In this document: positions 21,061 through 30,921 of the stretch, piece by piece | How the letters are laid out: each line of letters begins with the position of its first letter | How positions within the stretch are numbered: the stretch's first letter is position 1 | From: a virus | Reading direction: 5' to 3' (one strand) | IMG/VR virus record: IMGVR_UViG_3300025141_016305 | Span: 111,012 to 175,011 of that record | DNA: 64,000 bases | Made by a program: the position numbers and the translations under genes | Notes under the pieces: generated by a model | What the model was told of the DNA's origin: nothing | Seen by the model: the letters and a program-made list of their open reading frames with translations, nothing else | Database searches by the model: none

Positions 21061-21791
21061 CCCTTCTCAACCCAATACTGCACAACGCCGTCTCGAATGC
21101 CAGCGTGCGTATTCGTCTTGTAAGTGGCAAAGTCATCGTGACCTAAGTAGTTCTCTGCGTCACCCCACAAACTCCTGTCAGAGGCCGGCATTCGCGGTAC
21201 AAAGCAACCTATACCTTGATGTATCTGACAGGAAGCTGCGAAATGAATGTCTTCTCCATTATCCCAACTATAAGGCTTATCTTTCCATATGTTTCTGGCC
21301 CACTCTGTTTTGAAAAACCAGCAGTGGCCCACGAAATCAACCTCTGTCTCTGTTTCCACTGGGGACCCATCTCCATGATTAAAACAGTGCGAATTTAATA
21401 TTTCTTTTCCCTTTTCGAATGTTCGACCATTGGCGCCAACAATACAATTATTTCGCTTAGATGTATCAAGGCAGTTTTCTAACCATCGAGGACCGGGCAT
21501 TGTATCATCATCAAATATTGCCACATATTCGGTATCACATAAGAGAGGCAAGGAAAATCTTCCATGAAATTTAAAGTTTATATCTCTAGATTGAATGATT
21601 GAAATATTATAGTTTTTTTTATCTTCCTCTGATAATTCAATATTTAAGTGGGATTCATTTTGGTATATCCAAATTTGATAAGGTTTTTTTGTTTGGTTCA
21701 AGAGATAATTTATCTGTTTTACAAGATGGTTTCTTTTCCAGACTGTTAAAATAACTGTTATCTCATCTTTAAGTATATTTATGTTGCTCAT
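21027..21791 (-). CDS. GT2/GT-A glycosyltransferase; likely start MSNINI at 21791 (ORF track 21860)
   Basis: ITVILTVWKR, AIFDDD.MPG, VDFVGH.WF, GEDI. Confidence 0.78.
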   Translation of the reverse strand: MSNINILKDEITVILTVWKRNHLVKQINYLLNQTKKPYQIWIYQNESHLNIELSEEDKKNYNISIIQSRDINFKFHGRFSLPLLCDTEYVAIFDDDTMPGPRWLENCLDTSKRNNCIVGANGRTFEKGKEILNSHCFNHGDGSPVETETEVDFVGHCWFFKTEWARNIWKDKPYSWDNGEDIHFAASCQIHQGIGCFVPRMPASDRSLWGDAENYLGHDDFATYKTNTHAGIRDGVVQYWVEKGWQPLCVRESK

Positions 21792-22735
21792 TTCCAGTAA
21801 CAAGATCCTTCCACAATGTGTGTATTTTTTGGTGTTTCTTCTTCTGAAGGGAACACCCAATGTTCATTAAAAAATTTATTTATTATATCATGCGGCAGCC
21901 ACCTATTGCCTTTGATTCCAAACATGACTTGCAAACCCCCACCTAGGTGTATAGCTGATTTATTTTTATTCTTTATAAAGCTACAAAGAGGTAAAGAATA
22001 GGCCCCTGCTCCAATTAAAGCAACATCAAAATCAATATTTTCTATTTTTTTGCACATATCTTCTAGCGAGAGAAGCCAAGAATCTGCCGCGGGGGTCTGA
22101 AGGGCGGGGGACAATGGGCATTTTAAAAATTTTATATCAAAATCTGGATTTATATCCTTCTCTAAAATGTTCCAAACTTTTGCTTTATTTTTGTATTGTT
22201 TCCCCACTGTCTTTACGAAGGGGCTTATTATTAAAACCTTCTTAGATTCTAGTGCTCGGGTCCATGGCTGGCTGTGATAAAAAGGCTCTAAGGCCCTCGT
22301 TGCACACAAGTTACTCATAAAGGCCCACTCTTTTACAATATGATCCTCTTGAAACTGTGGGCTCCAAACACCCATTAAATCAATATCAATCAAAGAACTA
22401 GAATATTTGTCGGCCCACTGATCTAAACCCGGGGAGTTTTCAGGAAAGACTCCTGCATTGTTATGCAAAGCTGAGGCCAAAGTAGACCACCACATTGGCT
22501 TAAACCAGGAGGGTTTTTTTTTGCTTATAAGATACTCTTGCATTGCTGAACATTCGATTCCTCCAATTTTACCTGCGGCGAAAGGAATATTCTGTGTAAG
22601 ACAAGACCTAAGATAGTCATTACCCCATTTTTGCGAATGTACTAATTTGTTTGTGACGCCATAAATTTTGTTAGCCAGCGCAGAGTCTTCAGGTGTGTCA
22701 ATTAGGTTATTTTGTTTTTGTTGCCCAATAGTCAT
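21788..22735 (-). CDS. Hypothetical glycosylation protein (GT-D-like)
   Basis: DFDVALIGAGAYSLPL...AIHLGG; located in the glycan cluster. Confidence 0.55.
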   Translation of the reverse strand: MTIGQQKQNNLIDTPEDSALANKIYGVTNKLVHSQKWGNDYLRSCLTQNIPFAAGKIGGIECSAMQEYLISKKKPSWFKPMWWSTLASALHNNAGVFPENSPGLDQWADKYSSSLIDIDLMGVWSPQFQEDHIVKEWAFMSNLCATRALEPFYHSQPWTRALESKKVLIISPFVKTVGKQYKNKAKVWNILEKDINPDFDIKFLKCPLSPALQTPAADSWLLSLEDMCKKIENIDFDVALIGAGAYSLPLCSFIKNKNKSAIHLGGGLQVMFGIKGNRWLPHDIINKFFNEHWVFPSEEETPKNTHIVEGSCYWK

Positions 22736-24119
22736 ATATTTTCTTTTCTATTTCATATTCTAAATCTTTTACGGGTCGTTCGGGCTGTTCATCTGCCCAA
22801 TCGGCCATTTTTTCTATAACATTTCTTAAGTTTGTCTCATCGACAAAACTTAAATGCTTTTTGGCTTTGTCGTGATCACAATAAGCCACATGCACCTCTT
22901 CTCTTTTTGCCATATAAACCTTCTTAGGTTCGTGGCCGCGGGACTTCATAATTTCGATTAAAAGATCAGCGGCATCGTCGATCGTACAATATTCATCTGA
23001 ACCAATATTGTATGTTTGCCCGTTTGTTCTTTCATCTTTTATCAATTTTTCTAAAGGCTCCATACAAAAATTAATATCTGAAAATGCTCGGATTTGGCTT
23101 CCATCTCCAAACACTGTTATTGGTTCATTATTTAATACCTGTCTAATCCATATCCCTATAACATTTCTATACCTATCCCATATATTTTGATATAACCCAA
23201 CCACATTGTGAGGCCTAATAATAGAATAGTCTAACCCAAACATCTTATTGGCAATTGCCAAATCCATTTCAACAGCATATTTGGCTACGCCGTATGGATC
23301 ATCTGGGTTTGGTATTTGACCCTCTTTGAAGGGCGGTTCTCCAAAACCATACACTGCCATGGAACTAGTGAATACTAGTTTTTTTACACTATTATTAATA
23401 CACGCATTAATGATGTTTGCAGAACACAACACATTGCTTGTATAATTATAGTTTCTTACAAACCTACTTAAGCCCTCGGATGCATATGCAGCAAAGTGAT
23501 AAACAAAGTCAGGCCTTTCGCGAGCAAAGATCTCTTCTGTTAGTTTTCTATCTTCTAAATCTGTCTGGTAAAACTTTACACCCTCCGGAACACTGGAGTG
23601 ATACCCTCCACTCAGATTGTCTATCCCCACAACATCATAACCATTCTCTAATAAGTGTCTTGAAAAGTTTGCTCCAAAGAGACCCGCAACACCAGTTATC
23701 AGTACTTTCAATCTTTCATCCTCATTTGTCTTTATTTTATTTAGTTCTGCTTTAAAATCATCATAGTCTCGAATATAGTCTTCTTTATCATACTCTTCAG
23801 AACACAAACACAAGACAGTGGTGTTTTTCTTTTTTAAATTTAACACGGCCCATTCTAAGTTTTCATGTAAAAAACTTTGGCCCGGGTCTAGATTTATAAA
23901 ATTTTTCCCCTCTTTATTTTCGACGGATATTTCAACTTGCCCAGAAAGGCACACCAATACCTGTTTGCATTTAAGGTGAGCATGCTTGCCTCTAACACAA
24001 TTAGATTTTGAACCAGAAGTTATATAAAAAATTCTTTTTACTTCGAAAGGGGTGTGACTAAAGTCAAAAACACCCAGCATAGATTCATCTACGCGTTTGA
24101 AGATCTTTAAAATATCCAT
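22707..24119 (-). CDS. FdtA/QdtA-like cupin isomerase fused to an NAD-dependent epimerase/dehydratase
   Basis: PFEVKRIFYI..RGKHAH..YIRDY; then VLITGVAGLFG, FTSSMAVYG, PYGVAK (YxxxK). Confidence 0.85.
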   Translation of the reverse strand: MDILKIFKRVDESMLGVFDFSHTPFEVKRIFYITSGSKSNCVRGKHAHLKCKQVLVCLSGQVEISVENKEGKNFINLDPGQSFLHENLEWAVLNLKKKNTTVLCLCSEEYDKEDYIRDYDDFKAELNKIKTNEDERLKVLITGVAGLFGANFSRHLLENGYDVVGIDNLSGGYHSSVPEGVKFYQTDLEDRKLTEEIFARERPDFVYHFAAYASEGLSRFVRNYNYTSNVLCSANIINACINNSVKKLVFTSSMAVYGFGEPPFKEGQIPNPDDPYGVAKYAVEMDLAIANKMFGLDYSIIRPHNVVGLYQNIWDRYRNVIGIWIRQVLNNEPITVFGDGSQIRAFSDINFCMEPLEKLIKDERTNGQTYNIGSDEYCTIDDAADLLIEIMKSRGHEPKKVYMAKREEVHVAYCDHDKAKKHLSFVDETNLRNVIEKMADWADEQPERPVKDLEYEIEKKIYDYWATKTK

Positions 24120-25026
24120 GAGTTTTAACTAGTTTTATTACTCTCCCTAATTCTTTTTCTGTTAAGTTCTCGTGAAAAGGAATCGAAATAGTTGTTTTCG
24201 ATTCCTTTTCACTTTTCGGTAAAACCTTTTTTGCTTTGCAGTATATAGGTTTGTTGTGTAACGATTCATAATGAATTCCAATCTCTATTTGTTCTTTTTT
24301 CGCTTTTCTAATAAAGGTGTGTCTATCATTCACATTCAATCGATATAGGTGAAAACTATCATTATTGAGGCCGAACTCTGAATTGTATCTTTCTCTTATC
24401 TCTTCTAGCGATTGATATTTTTGCTTTAATTTATCAAAATTTTTATTTGCAATATACGCTTGAATTGCATTTAGATACATTTTAAATCCTGGCTTTATTA
24501 TCTTTCTTTTCCAGCTTTTTTCGTCAAATATGCAACCATTCATAACCATCATTTTAAAAAAATCAATCTTCTCTTTATCGTTACTAACAATTATACCGCC
24601 ATCAAAACTTCCAATTGGCTTTGTCGGGTAAAAACTAAATATCATTAAATCTTGAGGCTCCGCTTCAATTAAAAACTGATTTTTTGTAATTTTTTGTGCA
24701 GAATCTATTATCTTATATGCGCCGAAATCATGAAGAATATACGAGCCCCCAACCCACTCAATATCATCTCTAAAAGATATGTTATTCCCAGAAGTTTTTA
24801 TGGCATTACAAACAACCGGAGGTAATATCGACGGGACTTCGACAGTTACATCTTTATTTAGCAATGCCATGAAAATGGCGTTTGTAGCACTATTAAACCC
24901 ACACGCATATTTAGCTCCGGTGAATTCAGCTATTCTTTTCTCGAACTTATCAACTATGTCGTCGTGCAGACCGGTCAATTTAGAAGTATCGATTGTGTAA
25001 TTGTTTATGTTAAAAAGATTAATCAT
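24085..25026 (-). CDS. DegT-family aminotransferase
   Basis: FNSATNA, IDSAQ, FSFYPTKPIGSFDGG, GIHY, ISIPFH. Confidence 0.85.
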   Translation of the reverse strand: MINLFNINNYTIDTSKLTGLHDDIVDKFEKRIAEFTGAKYACGFNSATNAIFMALLNKDVTVEVPSILPPVVCNAIKTSGNNISFRDDIEWVGGSYILHDFGAYKIIDSAQKITKNQFLIEAEPQDLMIFSFYPTKPIGSFDGGIIVSNDKEKIDFFKMMVMNGCIFDEKSWKRKIIKPGFKMYLNAIQAYIANKNFDKLKQKYQSLEEIRERYNSEFGLNNDSFHLYRLNVNDRHTFIRKAKKEQIEIGIHYESLHNKPIYCKAKKVLPKSEKESKTTISIPFHENLTEKELGRVIKLVKTHGYFKDLQTRR

Positions 25027-25033
25027 ATATGTT

Positions 25034-25873
25034 TTATAACTGAAAAGACTCAGTTATTGCCTTTGGATGAAGCCCTATGAATTTTCTAGTTCGACATGGG
25101 CCGCGGTGTTCTGGTTTCCATTCGTGCACTCCATGGTATTTATTTTCTAAGAGGTATCTCTCGACCCTTCCGCCATTTACCCATGGAACAAAAACCTTTT
25201 CGTAATAATCAGGAATACATTTAAACCTGCTAACTTTTGCTTCATAATACTCTGCCTTGTTTTTGACTTGTCTATCAAAGACGTAGGAATAATGATACAT
25301 CATTACGCCTGTCATATTATAAAATGAATCACTATTAATGTGTTTAAGATCATGTTTCGATGAATACTTCATTGTCGGAGGGCGATGTGTCAGCCAAGTA
25401 CAGCCTTTTTCATATTTAAAAATTCTTATAAAATTATCAACATTTTGTTCAAACCCAGTAAGATAATCCTCAAAACCACCATAAAAAGTACAACTTTGAA
25501 CCCCAACGCTAGTTGGTTGATGTTCTTTTAAAAAATTTATTGTTTTTAATATATCTTCCGTTTTATATACTTCGTCGCTATCAACCATCCAAAGATAGTC
25601 TGTATCTTCCTTCAAAAGAGACATATACGCATTACACTGATCGTCTTTTTCGTCATATTGGCCATGGACGACAAAAATTTTATTATCAGGATCAGGGAAA
25701 CTATCTAATATTTCATTAGTTTTGTCTGAAGATGTGTTTCTTCCTTTACTTTGCCAAAACTTTACCGGACCTTCGGCAATAACTATTTGATGCGCATGAG
25801 GGTATATTTGTTCTAAACACTCTTTTAGAACATAGTCTCCTTCAAATACAATCATTCCAAATGATATTTTCAT
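25034..25873 (-). CDS. GT2-like glycosyltransferase
   Basis: WMVDSDEVY, YHYSYV. Confidence 0.72.
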   Translation of the reverse strand: MKISFGMIVFEGDYVLKECLEQIYPHAHQIVIAEGPVKFWQSKGRNTSSDKTNEILDSFPDPDNKIFVVHGQYDEKDDQCNAYMSLLKEDTDYLWMVDSDEVYKTEDILKTINFLKEHQPTSVGVQSCTFYGGFEDYLTGFEQNVDNFIRIFKYEKGCTWLTHRPPTMKYSSKHDLKHINSDSFYNMTGVMMYHYSYVFDRQVKNKAEYYEAKVSRFKCIPDYYEKVFVPWVNGGRVERYLLENKYHGVHEWKPEHRGPCRTRKFIGLHPKAITESFQL

Positions 25874-26753
25874 TCAAACTCTCCATATCTTTAAAATATT
25901 GCTCGTATAAAGAAAAAACAAATTTATTATTTTTAAGATTTAATATACCATGGCGTGGGGCTGGAATATAGGTTTTATTTTTCAAATCTTCCTTGAAGTT
26001 TGAAAAATGATAAAATAGTAGTTTCTGCAACTTTCCGTTCCATAATATTTTATCGGCTATATATTGATGGTGATGTATGTTCCATGGTGCTAGGTGTCCA
26101 AGATAATCATCAATTTTAAATACACTATTGTAGAGTTTTGGAAACAGCTCTAAATATTTTTGATCCCCGCAAGTACCATAAGCGCTAGCGTACTCGTTAT
26201 CGTCATGAAGCAAACAGTCTTTCCAAAAGGCCGCGCATGATTGACCATCTTTGTCGTTTTTAAAATACACTATTCCTACATTGTACAACCCATTGACTGG
26301 GTTATAGGGTACCCTGTTCTCTATAAGACCTATTGACCCGAAATCTTTTAAATCTAAAATCCTTGTTGGATCTTCAAAGAAATAAATATCCGCATCAACA
26401 TAGACAATATCGTCTATGTTGCAATGTTTCAAACAATACCAAGAATAATAAGAAGCTAAAGACCATATGAATTGCAGCTTTTTTGCACCTTTCTCGTTTC
26501 CTCCGCAGAGGTTTAAAGATTCGAAAGATGGCTTATTGTTTTGTGATTTTTTTAATTCTTTGTCTGAATTTAAGAGGTCTTTTATATTATGACAATTTAC
26601 TTCTTTACAATTATTGTTAATTAATTTAAAAATATCGTCATCTAAGCACAGTAAATTAATCGTATACTCTGAGGTATGATTTCTTATACTTTCTCTTAAT
26701 GCTAAGAACTTTATGGCAAATTTGCTGTCAGCCAATGTACAAATGCTGATCAT
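25842..26753 (-). CDS. GT-A nucleotide-diphospho-sugar transferase
   Basis: YVDADIYFF, YNVG, GDQKYL, LAPWN, FYHFS. Confidence 0.75.
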   Translation of the reverse strand: MISICTLADSKFAIKFLALRESIRNHTSEYTINLLCLDDDIFKLINNNCKEVNCHNIKDLLNSDKELKKSQNNKPSFESLNLCGGNEKGAKKLQFIWSLASYYSWYCLKHCNIDDIVYVDADIYFFEDPTRILDLKDFGSIGLIENRVPYNPVNGLYNVGIVYFKNDKDGQSCAAFWKDCLLHDDNEYASAYGTCGDQKYLELFPKLYNSVFKIDDYLGHLAPWNIHHHQYIADKILWNGKLQKLLFYHFSNFKEDLKNKTYIPAPRHGILNLKNNKFVFSLYEQYFKDMESLNENIIWNDCI

Positions 26754-28819
26754 GTACTAGGTTTTTGTGCTCTTGCGAGATAAGAAGCTTGATGTTTTTT
26801 AAACACTTCTCTTTCTTCTCGACTCTTCCAAACTGCGTTGTCCGTATCTGTTGATACACCTTTCGGGTTAAAATAATATAGACCTAAAGGTTTATAATAT
26901 TTTTTAAATTTTGAACCATTTAGCGCGCAGCGTAACCAGAAATCCCAATCTGCTGCTGACTTATATTTATCATCAAAAAAGCCATTTTTATCGTGAATAG
27001 TCTTGCGCCACATCGGCATACAGTGGGGCGCGTTGCCTCTTAGCATTGACTCTATAGAAAAATCTTCTGCCGGATATATTTGTCCTTGTGATGAGTTTTC
27101 TTCAAAAGTCTCATTTTCATGAAAAGTCAAAAGATTTTCAGAGTAAACTAGATCGGCATCTTCGTTCGTAGATAAGAAAAACCCTAATTGCTCCATAAAA
27201 TCTATTGCATGCCTATCATCCAAGTTGGCATTCGTGATAAATTTACCAGAAGCCATTTCAACAGCCATGTTCCAGACACCATAAATACCGGGGTCGTGAT
27301 CTAATCTTTTATAAATAATGTTGTCCGGATGGGAGTTTGCATATTCTAAGATTGTAGGCTCTTCGTTGCCGGGGGAGTTCGCATTTATTAGTATTAATTC
27401 ACACTTTTCTCTAAAGATTGTTTGTCGTGTTATATCTTCCAAAAAGGGCTTTATAAAATTGTCCGCATCATATACAGATGTAATAATGGATATTTTCGGT
27501 ATCTTTGATCTATCGACCTTTTTTATCTGAGAGTCGACTCTGTCGAATAGACTCTTTTTTTTGCTTCTGGTCTGGTCATTTACAGTTAAATATTCAATAG
27601 TTTGATCTCCGAGAATCGCGCTACTCATTTGTTTTAATATTTTCTGCTTTTCGTGAGAAATAGAGATGTCTTTTTTTAGTGTTTTTGCCCAACTTTTATA
27701 GAGGCTATAATTACTTTTAACATTTCTGATTTGTTTTCTAAAAGACAATTCATTTGGATACGCCCACTTGCTGCCTTCAACTAAGATATTTTCCCACTCC
27801 GCGGACTTTTGAATCGCTTTTAATTCATATTCAACTCTTGCAAAAAGTTTTTTATCTTTTAATTTTTTAGTTTTCTTTTGTTTTACTTTTGTAGTTAAAA
27901 AATCCAAATGAGCTGACCAGTCTGTTGCCACGACGGGCATGCCAGAATACGCTGCTTCAAACAAAGGAAGACCATAACCCTCGCCATGAGTAGTGGAGAC
28001 TACTGCTTTAATCTTTGGATTGTTATATAATCCATGTATTTTCTCTTCTGAGAGGGATCCATGAAGTAGATAAATTTTACACTTCTTTTCTCCGAAACCA
28101 CTAATAAGTGTTTTTAAATATTTCTTAGTTGCTGCTCGATCTATTTTATTACCAGCAACAAAGCCCGTCTTCAAAATTAAACCTACGTCCGCATCATTTC
28201 TAAACTCTTTAATAAACCACTCAATTGTTTGGTTTAAGTTCTTTCTAGGACCGAAGAGTGCGAGGGTTAAAAAATTAAACTCTGTTTCTAAATCTAAATC
28301 GATTTGTTCCGGAACTATATCTTTTACTGGGTAAGGTACAACTTCGACTGGACATTGACACTCTAGTATAGTGACCTCATCTTGTTTTGAATGGTTCGTA
28401 ATTTCATACTTAGTTTTAACAAATCCGTCTTTTGCGTGTTGAGATGGTACAATTAACTTGTTAATCCCTTTTGTTTTTTCAAGCCAGGTATGAGAAACTC
28501 TATCTGTTTCAATCCCAGCTGTAACACAAATTGAATAATTTGCTCTTTTTGTAAATTCAAAAGGGATTCCCACGTGCACCTGCATATCAAAGACTGGTTG
28601 TGCGTCATGAGCCTGGCACTGTGTCATGTATCTCTGAAACTTTTCAATATTGTCGTTTATTGTTTGATCTCTGGGTGGTGACCATGCGGTGTTTCCCCAC
28701 GGGAGTGGGACTATATACATGTCTAGGCCTCTTATTTGTTTCAAAGATTCATACACCAACCGTGCATGCTCACCATACCCAGATTGAGTCAATATTGGTG
28801 CTTCTAATAATACTCTCAT
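26750..28819 (-). CDS. Bifunctional GT4 + GT2 glycosyltransferase
   Basis: SGYG...RKN...GEGYGLPLFEAA (GT4); KISIITSVY, NANLDD, DWDFWLR (GT2). Confidence 0.88.
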   Translation of the reverse strand: MRVLLEAPILTQSGYGEHARLVYESLKQIRGLDMYIVPLPWGNTAWSPPRDQTINDNIEKFQRYMTQCQAHDAQPVFDMQVHVGIPFEFTKRANYSICVTAGIETDRVSHTWLEKTKGINKLIVPSQHAKDGFVKTKYEITNHSKQDEVTILECQCPVEVVPYPVKDIVPEQIDLDLETEFNFLTLALFGPRKNLNQTIEWFIKEFRNDADVGLILKTGFVAGNKIDRAATKKYLKTLISGFGEKKCKIYLLHGSLSEEKIHGLYNNPKIKAVVSTTHGEGYGLPLFEAAYSGMPVVATDWSAHLDFLTTKVKQKKTKKLKDKKLFARVEYELKAIQKSAEWENILVEGSKWAYPNELSFRKQIRNVKSNYSLYKSWAKTLKKDISISHEKQKILKQMSSAILGDQTIEYLTVNDQTRSKKKSLFDRVDSQIKKVDRSKIPKISIITSVYDADNFIKPFLEDITRQTIFREKCELILINANSPGNEEPTILEYANSHPDNIIYKRLDHDPGIYGVWNMAVEMASGKFITNANLDDRHAIDFMEQLGFFLSTNEDADLVYSENLLTFHENETFEENSSQGQIYPAEDFSIESMLRGNAPHCMPMWRKTIHDKNGFFDDKYKSAADWDFWLRCALNGSKFKKYYKPLGLYYFNPKGVSTDTDNAVWKSREEREVFKKHQASYLARAQKPST

Positions 28820-30087
28820 AAGTCCTTAATCAATTCCCAACTTTGATAGTTTTTTCTATTTTCCCATGAGCCCAGATTTTGTGTTACATACTCAAAAAGT
28901 TCGCGCCAATTACTTTCGTACTGCTCAAAACCATAATTCGTTAAAACATGATTTCTTCCAGATTTACCCATCTTTAATCGTTCCTCTTTTGGAGTATTAT
29001 AAAAATCCTCTAGTGCTTTTAAAAAGTCCCCTCTTGAAATACGGTCTTCGTAAATATAAGGTACATCTTGAGAGCCGATAACAGCTTTAGAGGAAGGCTC
29101 TATACCAATCCCAAACCAATTACCTTGACCATCAGTCACCTGTTCCTGCAGGCCGCCTGTCATATTTACAATTACTGGAGTTTCACATGCAAGAGACTCT
29201 AAAGTAGAGAGACCGAAACCTTCAGCATCTGATATGTTTATTGTGCAATCCACAAAGGAATAAATTTTTGCTAATTCTTCCGGGGGCATTTTCTGTGTTG
29301 AAAACATTATTTGATCTGATTTTAGGCCTAGGCGTTCTGCGATTACTTCCAAATCTTGACCATTTGGATCCTTTGGTTCCGTGTGCATTATTAGCGCAGC
29401 TTTGTCGTGCCCCACTTTATCTAAAAAATCTTTAAACCAAAATATTAAAGTTCCGGATTGCTTTCTTCTTGCATTTCTATTGTTCCAGAAAAACACCATT
29501 TTATTGCTTAAGCTATTTAATTTTTCATTTAAAGTACCCAATTTAGAAGTAGGCAGGGCTTTGAATATTTCAGTATTAACAGTGTGTGGAATTCTTACAC
29601 ATTTAACGTCCGGGCTGACTTTTCTGACGATTTGATCAGTTACATCACTAATTGTGCAAATAACATCATTTGAATCATAGAAACTTTTATTATAATATGG
29701 ATATGGAAAATTATCCCAAACATGATAATAAACCATGGGGACATTCTTTCTTATTTCATCTTCCAGTTGCCACAACCAAATAAAAAATCTTGGATCTGTC
29801 ATAAACCACAAAACGTCTGGCTTAAATTGGTGAAGAACTTGCCTGACAATAGTTGCGTTGCCATACCCATCAACTGGATGGATTATTAGATCCTCTCCGT
29901 ATGGTTCCACCTTAATAGGCCGATAATCATTGTGTTTTAGGGCGCCAGCTAGGCATAGAAACTTATATTCACCCGTCTTTAGTAAAGCCTCAATCATGTA
30001 TTTTGTTTGAGTTCCAACCCCGGAAGGTACTAGTGGGCTATCAGCAATAACGAAGATCTTTTTTTTAGGTTTTGTGGTCATATGCAA
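28816..30087 (-). CDS. GT4-family glycosyltransferase
   Basis: DSPLVPSGVG, NRNARRK, EGFGLSTLESLAC, TGGLQEQ. Confidence 0.9.
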   Translation of the reverse strand: MHMTTKPKKKIFVIADSPLVPSGVGTQTKYMIEALLKTGEYKFLCLAGALKHNDYRPIKVEPYGEDLIIHPVDGYGNATIVRQVLHQFKPDVLWFMTDPRFFIWLWQLEDEIRKNVPMVYYHVWDNFPYPYYNKSFYDSNDVICTISDVTDQIVRKVSPDVKCVRIPHTVNTEIFKALPTSKLGTLNEKLNSLSNKMVFFWNNRNARRKQSGTLIFWFKDFLDKVGHDKAALIMHTEPKDPNGQDLEVIAERLGLKSDQIMFSTQKMPPEELAKIYSFVDCTINISDAEGFGLSTLESLACETPVIVNMTGGLQEQVTDGQGNWFGIGIEPSSKAVIGSQDVPYIYEDRISRGDFLKALEDFYNTPKEERLKMGKSGRNHVLTNYGFEQYESNWRELFEYVTQNLGSWENRKNYQSWELIKDL

Positions 30088-30093
30088 TGTTTA

Positions 30094-30202
30094 GTTTTAT
30101 AAAATTTACAATATTTACAAGAAAGTCTATTTTTAATAAAGTTTTTTCTTTCTATATTTATAGCAGCTTTCTCTAACATTTTTAAAGAATTTTGTGTTTT
30201 TT
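30094..30202 (-). repeat. Direct repeat copy 2: displaced 3' end of the nuclease gene
   Basis: Near-identical to 30934-31042 (offset 840 bp); encodes ...KTQNSLKMLEKAAINIERKNFIKNRLSCKYCKFYK and continues TKHCI*. Confidence 0.95.
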
Positions 30203-30237
30203 CTTTGTTTATAGCTTCATTTACTTTCTCGCTCTTG

Positions 30238-30921
30238 CTATGGAAATTTTACATATATCCAATCGATTGGACAATCCGAATACGGGCGGTGGTTGCGAAG
30301 ATCAAAATACTTTCTTAAAACAGTATCATGCTCTGACATCTTCTTGCCTAGCTCTTTAGTGTTCTCGATGGTGCCGAGATTGTCATGATAATCTAAATAA
30401 AGCTGACGTATTGTTATATTATCAAGAACTTTAGATTCGAACATATGATCCAAAACATCAAATTCTGCTCCTTCGATGTTCATAACAATATAAAGTTCAA
30501 ACTTATCTTTTGGAAAGTTTTTTAAAATTTCTACAAAATCAACGGCTTCAACATTGTATGATTGAACATATTTCCCCGATCGTTTGCCTCTGTGTGTCGA
30601 GTTTGAACCTTTCCCAAAATCATGAAATTCTACAGTCCCATCAGCATTCCACACTGCCGCATTATATAGACGCGTCTTTGCGCGTGTGTTAGGTTCTAGA
30701 TAAGACAACTCTTTTTCTATATCAAAATCTTTTAAAGCTTCAAATCCCAGGATTTGATCGAAAAAATCACCAAGTTGTTCTGGTTTTGTCGGCAGACCAT
30801 TTGGACGATTGAGGGTACATTCGTGGCGACCCCATGGGGCGATGTGATGAAAATATGAGGCGCCTTTGGTATACCACCCGCAAATGATTAATACTTTTTT
30901 TCTTTTTGTTTTCAAAATCAC
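30238..30921 (-). CDS. FkbM-like methyltransferase
   Basis: GFEA, LYNAAVWNADG, VEAVDF, MNIEGAEFDVL. Confidence 0.7.
   Translation of the reverse strand: MILKTKRKKVLIICGWYTKGASYFHHIAPWGRHECTLNRPNGLPTKPEQLGDFFDQILGFEALKDFDIEKELSYLEPNTRAKTRLYNAAVWNADGTVEFHDFGKGSNSTHRGKRSGKYVQSYNVEAVDFVEILKNFPKDKFELYIVMNIEGAEFDVLDHMFESKVLDNITIRQLYLDYHDNLGTIENTKELGKKMSEHDTVLRKYFDLRNHRPYSDCPIDWIYVKFP

Noticed and set aside
6507-30921. Bacterial O-antigen or capsule locus
   Set aside because: No flippase, polymerase, chain-length regulator or initiating transferase; flanked by phage-type genes
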